Positions 60,859 through 64,000 of a stretch of 64,000 nt of DNA are shown piece after piece; the stretch's first letter is position 1, and every line of letters starts with the position of its first letter. This DNA is from Podarcis pityusensis (lineage: Eukaryota): the NCBI GenBank assembly GCA_964106645.2, contig OZ067044.1; one strand, 5' to 3'. The notes below the pieces were generated by a model, which saw only the letters and a list, made by a program, of their open reading frames with translations, was not told the DNA's origin and searched no databases. The position numbers and the translations under genes are program-made.

Positions 60859-63800
60859 TATGGTCATCTTCTTGTTCTCGCTAGGGTGGCCAGACGTAAT
60901 GAGAAAATGGGGTTCGTGTTCCTTTTAACAATTGCACAGATGAGGGAATTTTGGTAAATGCAGCTTGTTGTGCAGAGGTGAGAAAATCTGCATCTGCTAA
61001 AAGTCCTCCCAATACATACTTCTGAAAAGTTCAGAACCCTTCTTTCTTTACTTCTGACAACTTAGATTGTCACTTGCTTTCTTTCTTAGTTAAAAAAAGG
61101 AATAGTGGCACTGCCATTTCTGCTACCCACCTTAGGTGAAAATGGCGTGCAGTTGTGGGTCCCAACCACTAGCATATCTGTGTCTTAGGAGTATTTTATT
61201 TTATTCATTAAATTTGTATACCGCCCTATATCTGAAGGCGGTTCACAGACAGTACAGGGCATCTCATTTGATAACTATGACTACAACCAACTGATGTCGA
61301 AACATTCAGATAGAAGCAATATACTGAAATTCTGTGGTCAGCATTGCCAATGCCCCCAGTCTGAAAAATATGGTGTTTCACATGTACTAACAATGTGTTG
61401 CTGCATAGTGAAATATTACTCTGAAATCTGTTTACGCTCATTTAATGTAGCTGTGCCATGGTACTGATCATCACTATGTGAAAATGTCATTCTTCTTTCT
61501 TGAAGTATCAGGGCTCCTGCTGACTTTCAGTTTTGCATGTGGATGAAAGGAATGTGTGCCTTTGAAAAGCTTTTTTTATTAGAATGTGCTAATGAAGCTT
61601 TAGGGCTCTCAACACTGGATAAGATAATCCATCATATTTGTGGGTGTGAGCATGACCATGCATATCTCTGACTACTTTTTGCATTTTATAAGGGTTGACT
61701 TCATCCCTGCTCCCCCTTTTGTAAGGGCTCCTAAGGCTTCTGCCAGTTAGACTCTAGACAGCTAACAGCAACTATGGGAGTGATACTGATAACGGAAACT
61801 CTGGTAAATGACATTTCAGGAACCGTGTTGTGTGCTCAGACTTAATATGAGCAAGAGGATTTCTAAAAAGATGTTTAGGGGAGATATTTTCATGCCTTCT
61901 ACAAATAGTTCCAGCACATAGTAGTTCCATCATATGCTTCCACCACACCAATACACTTGTACTAACCTCATTGATTTACATTGGTCCAGCAATACACAAT
62001 TAAAGCTTGTCCAACATCTGCATGCTTATTTGAGAATCCCTGTGGCAGATAGATTCATCACAATATAGCAGCTCCATCCCAGGTGTAGGAGCTCTACATG
62101 GACTTCCCATTTGCTGCTCTTCCCTTACCCCAGGGTAAGGAAAATGGGTACCAGGATCCTGTGTGTGTGCTAGAATGCACATAGTGCTGTGGATCAAGAA
62201 TTTGTCTGCTAAAGCATTTATTTCCTATAGCTACATCTATAAAAACCTGATGCAAATAAGTCTTTTAATAGATCCATTTTTTTCGCAGTCAAGAAGAGAC
62301 TGAGGGGAAATAAAACAACACATATTTGGGTCAAGTAGTCTGATCTAGCAAACACATAGTTCTTGAGATTTATAACTTTTTGACGGGTTCAGGAGAAAAG
62401 TTTGCTTTTAGTGTATTGCAGTCTGCTTCTATTGCATGTACTAACAGGCTACAGTTAGTTGATTCTGTTTAGAACAAGCATTTCCATCAGCCTTTGCATA
62501 ATTTCACACTAATAATGTGGCTGCCCTACATTAGCTGTTCAATTGCACAATAAATCACTTGTTTCATGTGTGTCCTCTGTTTCTGGTGGCTTACCAAATG
62601 TGTTATGCATCAAGTCCCTGCAGTTATGAAGACCTTGAGACTATCATTAGTTTTCATTTTCCTTCGTTGACACAGACACAATTTAGTCTTCTTCACAGAG
62701 ATGTTGTTGCATGAGTGTAATAGGCTTTAACAGTTTATGACTTTTGATGTACTGTTTCTGTTTGAGATTAAGGCAACATTTTCATTTTGAAAGCTTCGGT
62801 ATTTTTCCTCCTTCCCTTTTAAATGAACACATTTATTAGACACCTTTTCAGCCTTCAAAGATAACAGTGATTTGTGTTTTGCCTCTTTATATGTGTTAAT
62901 TTCATAAGAATAGCTGCAGTTATTTGTGAGACGCAAAGATGAAATAAACTCTACAGGCAAGTACCGAAATGTTTGCCTTAGCATCATCATAATCACCATT
63001 GCTTATTTGTAGGCCACTTTTCCATGGTAAACCATGCTCAAAGCAGCTCACAGCATTAGAAAAATGTGCATAATAAAACATAACATTCAAGTATAAGGCA
63101 CCAATTACAAGGCATAGCAAATCTCAATAGTCATACAGATGTTAATAGGCTAATCAAAATATCTTATCTTAATAAATATACAATAAGATCAAACAATTAA
63201 CTAATTCATAATAAGGCATATCCTACGAGAACACAATACAAATAGCAGGAAAAATAATGCATTATCTTAAAAACTAAATGTTTTCCCCAGCAACCGCTAA
63301 ACTAAAGCCCACCCTGATGGCTTCTAGGCATCTTGAGCAGCCTTTATAGCTGGAGTCAGTCAGCTGCACTGTGATGTTTCACTTGGAGAATAACTGTGAT
63401 TCAAACATGAATTGCATTTACAATAATAACTTGATAATAATGACAAAATCAGTCTTTAGTGTTGTTACTTTGGAATAGGTATTTAATGTAGTTCCACTTA
63501 AGGGCATTCCAATTTCAAAACATTACTCTTCGTATTTTTCAAACTTACTTTGAAGTTGCCTTATAAATATTCAGGGTGTGTGTGTTCTTAAAACTAACAT
63601 TGTTTCATATGGATAGGCTCAAATGCTGCTGTTCCTTTGGAGGAATAAAATATGTGAATGCATAAAAAATCAGGTAGAAGTGAGGGAGTTTCCCAGTACT
63701 TCCCATTATATGTCTTAATATTGTATCTGTGGTAAATGAAAAATAAAACTGTTTGAATGGAGATACACGAAGTAGGCAATCCAAAATTCTCCTCTTCCAG

Positions 63801-64000
63801 TTTGTCTAGATACTCCAAAGAGGAATACACCTAGAAATGTTACCACCCTTAGCATCCTGAGATGAATGATTTGCTCTTAGTTAAAAGGCAAAAAGCAAGC
63901 ATTAAACAGCTTGCTGCTCCAGATGTTTTGCTACCCTAGGTAGTTACCTGCCTCAGCTCAGCCCTGCAGCAGGTTGGATTGCTTTTGAGTCATTTGTATT

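Overview
Non-coding vertebrate genomic DNA, almost certainly from a squamate and probably a lacertid lizard. That call rests on repeat families I recognise from memory: Sauria SINE, a tRNA-Lys/CR1-tailed SINE, Squam3-like SINEs, CR1, L2, Penelope ends and many hAT/Tc1-mariner MITEs. I found no recognisable host protein-coding exon. The window looks like a large intron or regulatory desert, with TE-free, motif-dense blocks that may be enhancers. Nearly all supplied ORFs are spurious; the only protein-like ones are TE remnants (L2 and CR1 ORF2, a hAT transposase C-terminus, a DIRS gag). The most interesting signals are RNA-structural. (1) A stem / U-rich internal loop / stem motif, resembling an ENE poly(A)-triplex element, recurs in three dispersed TE-like pieces; one lies in a 775-bp solo LTR, where a long-range hairpin would bring it next to the poly(A) signal. 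(2) A Penelope end carries a minimal hammerhead ribozyme with an intact core. Also present are two young hAT elements with perfect 8-bp TSDs, a fold-back Sauria SINE, a 71-bp tandem duplication and a candidate 9-nt microexon. All family names and structures were assigned by eye and need Dfam/Repbase and folding checks.
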